IMG/VR virus record: IMGVR_UViG_3300030372_001990
Coordinates: 1-25,904 of that record
DNA length: 25,904 nt
DNA from: a virus
Lineage: Duplodnaviria > Caudoviricetes
Direction: 5' to 3' (one strand)
The number at the start of each line of letters is the position of its first letter. Position 1 is the stretch's first letter. This document shows, one piece after another, positions 25,407 to 25,904 of the stretch. A program made the position numbers and the translations under genes. The notes beneath the pieces are model-generated. The model was not told the DNA's origin and searched no databases. It was given only the letters and a program-made list of their open reading frames with translations.

Positions 25407-25904
25407 TTATCCTGTTGGAACGACAGTCCATGTGTTTGCACTGGAATCATCTACACCATTCCAGATTGTTAGTTTAGGGTCACCTACTGCAGACGTTATC
25501 GCTACACCAGTTGGAATTACAACAGCCGAAGCTATAATAGTAACGGTGCCAAGACCAAAGGTTGCTTGAACACCAGTAGGAAAATACCTAGATTCTAATG
25601 TAACATCTCCAACGCTAAATGTCGAGGAAACTCCAGTTGGTGACACTTCAGCTGTACCACTAACGCTTACGTCACCCACACTAAATGTAGCTGGAACTCC
25701 TGTTGGCGTGACAACAGCAGAACCTGAAACAGTTACCGTTCCAAGGGACGAGGTAATAGCTAAACCAGTTGGTGAAACTACAGCCGTACCAGTGACAGTG
25801 ACTGTTCCAACACTAGAAGTCATTGCTAGTCCAGTGACTGGAACTTCAGTGACTACACTAACAGTGACAGATCCTACAGAAAATGTTGCTTGAATACCTG
25901 TTGG
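25407..25904 (-). CDS. 3' part of a Thr/Val/Gly/Ser-rich repeat structural protein (truncated by the window end)
   Basis: The frame is open from 25904, so the ATG at 25823 is internal; about seven ~22-aa repeats PTG(V/L)xxTx(S/G)(V/L)GxVxV. Confidence 0.8.
   Translation of the reverse strand, partial: PTGIQATFSVGSVTVSVVTEVPVTGLAMTSSVGTVTVTGTAVVSPTGLAITSSLGTVTVSGSAVVTPTGVPATFSVGDVSVSGTAEVSPTGVSSTFSVGDVTLESRYFPTGVQATFGLGTVTIIASAVVIPTGVAITSAVGDPKLTIWNGVDDSSANTWTVVPTG

Larger units (their letters stand above)
1..25904. mobile_element. Tailed phage genome segment (podovirus-like; replication, accessory, lysis and tail/ejection modules)
   Basis: Dense overlapping ORFs; phage-type PolA, primase, SNF2 helicase, GH108 endolysin, gp10-like tail hub and ejection proteins; no host housekeeping operons or integrase in the window. 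Confidence 0.95.

Noticed and set aside
1-25904. Alternative genetic code, introns/inteins, DGR, tRNA genes
   Set aside because: Standard-code ORFs tile the window using all three stops; PolA, helicases and primase are uninterrupted; no reverse transcriptase, TR/VR pair or cloverleaf was seen.

Overview
AT-rich fragment of a tailed dsDNA phage genome, most consistent with a marine podovirus resembling pelagiphages (host inferred, not shown). No rRNA, tRNA, CRISPR array, integrase or transposase is visible. The window has three blocks. (1) A leftward operon of tightly overlapping genes (10688 to about 530) starts at a symmetric bidirectional sigma70-type promoter. It encodes two conserved small proteins, an SSB-like protein, an AEP primase, an Hjc-like nuclease, a UvrD-like helicase, DUF6378 and a family A DNA polymerase (Leu762 type). 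It continues into an accessory tail: GH73 glucosaminidase, Cys-rich PP-loop (PAPS-reductase/DndC-like) enzyme, Zn-finger protein, 2OG-Fe(II) oxygenase, two small ORFs and an intact SufE-family sulfur acceptor. (2) A rightward SNF2 helicase converges on a PD-(D/E)XK exonuclease. (3) A leftward morphogenesis and lysis block holds a repeat-rich structural protein, a P22 gp10-like tail hub, a GNAT, several ejection/internal virion proteins, a holin-like protein and a GH108 endolysin. The best candidate for an undescribed system is a phage sulfur relay (SufE plus an Fe-S PP-loop ATPase) co-transcribed with the polymerase, possibly thio-modifying DNA or tRNA. Secondary leads are a recurring [FYM]xxGG motif across internal virion proteins, a GNAT next to an MCFGGG-starting ejection protein, and a small CARF-like first gene. 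All family calls come from motif recognition by eye; no database searches were run.
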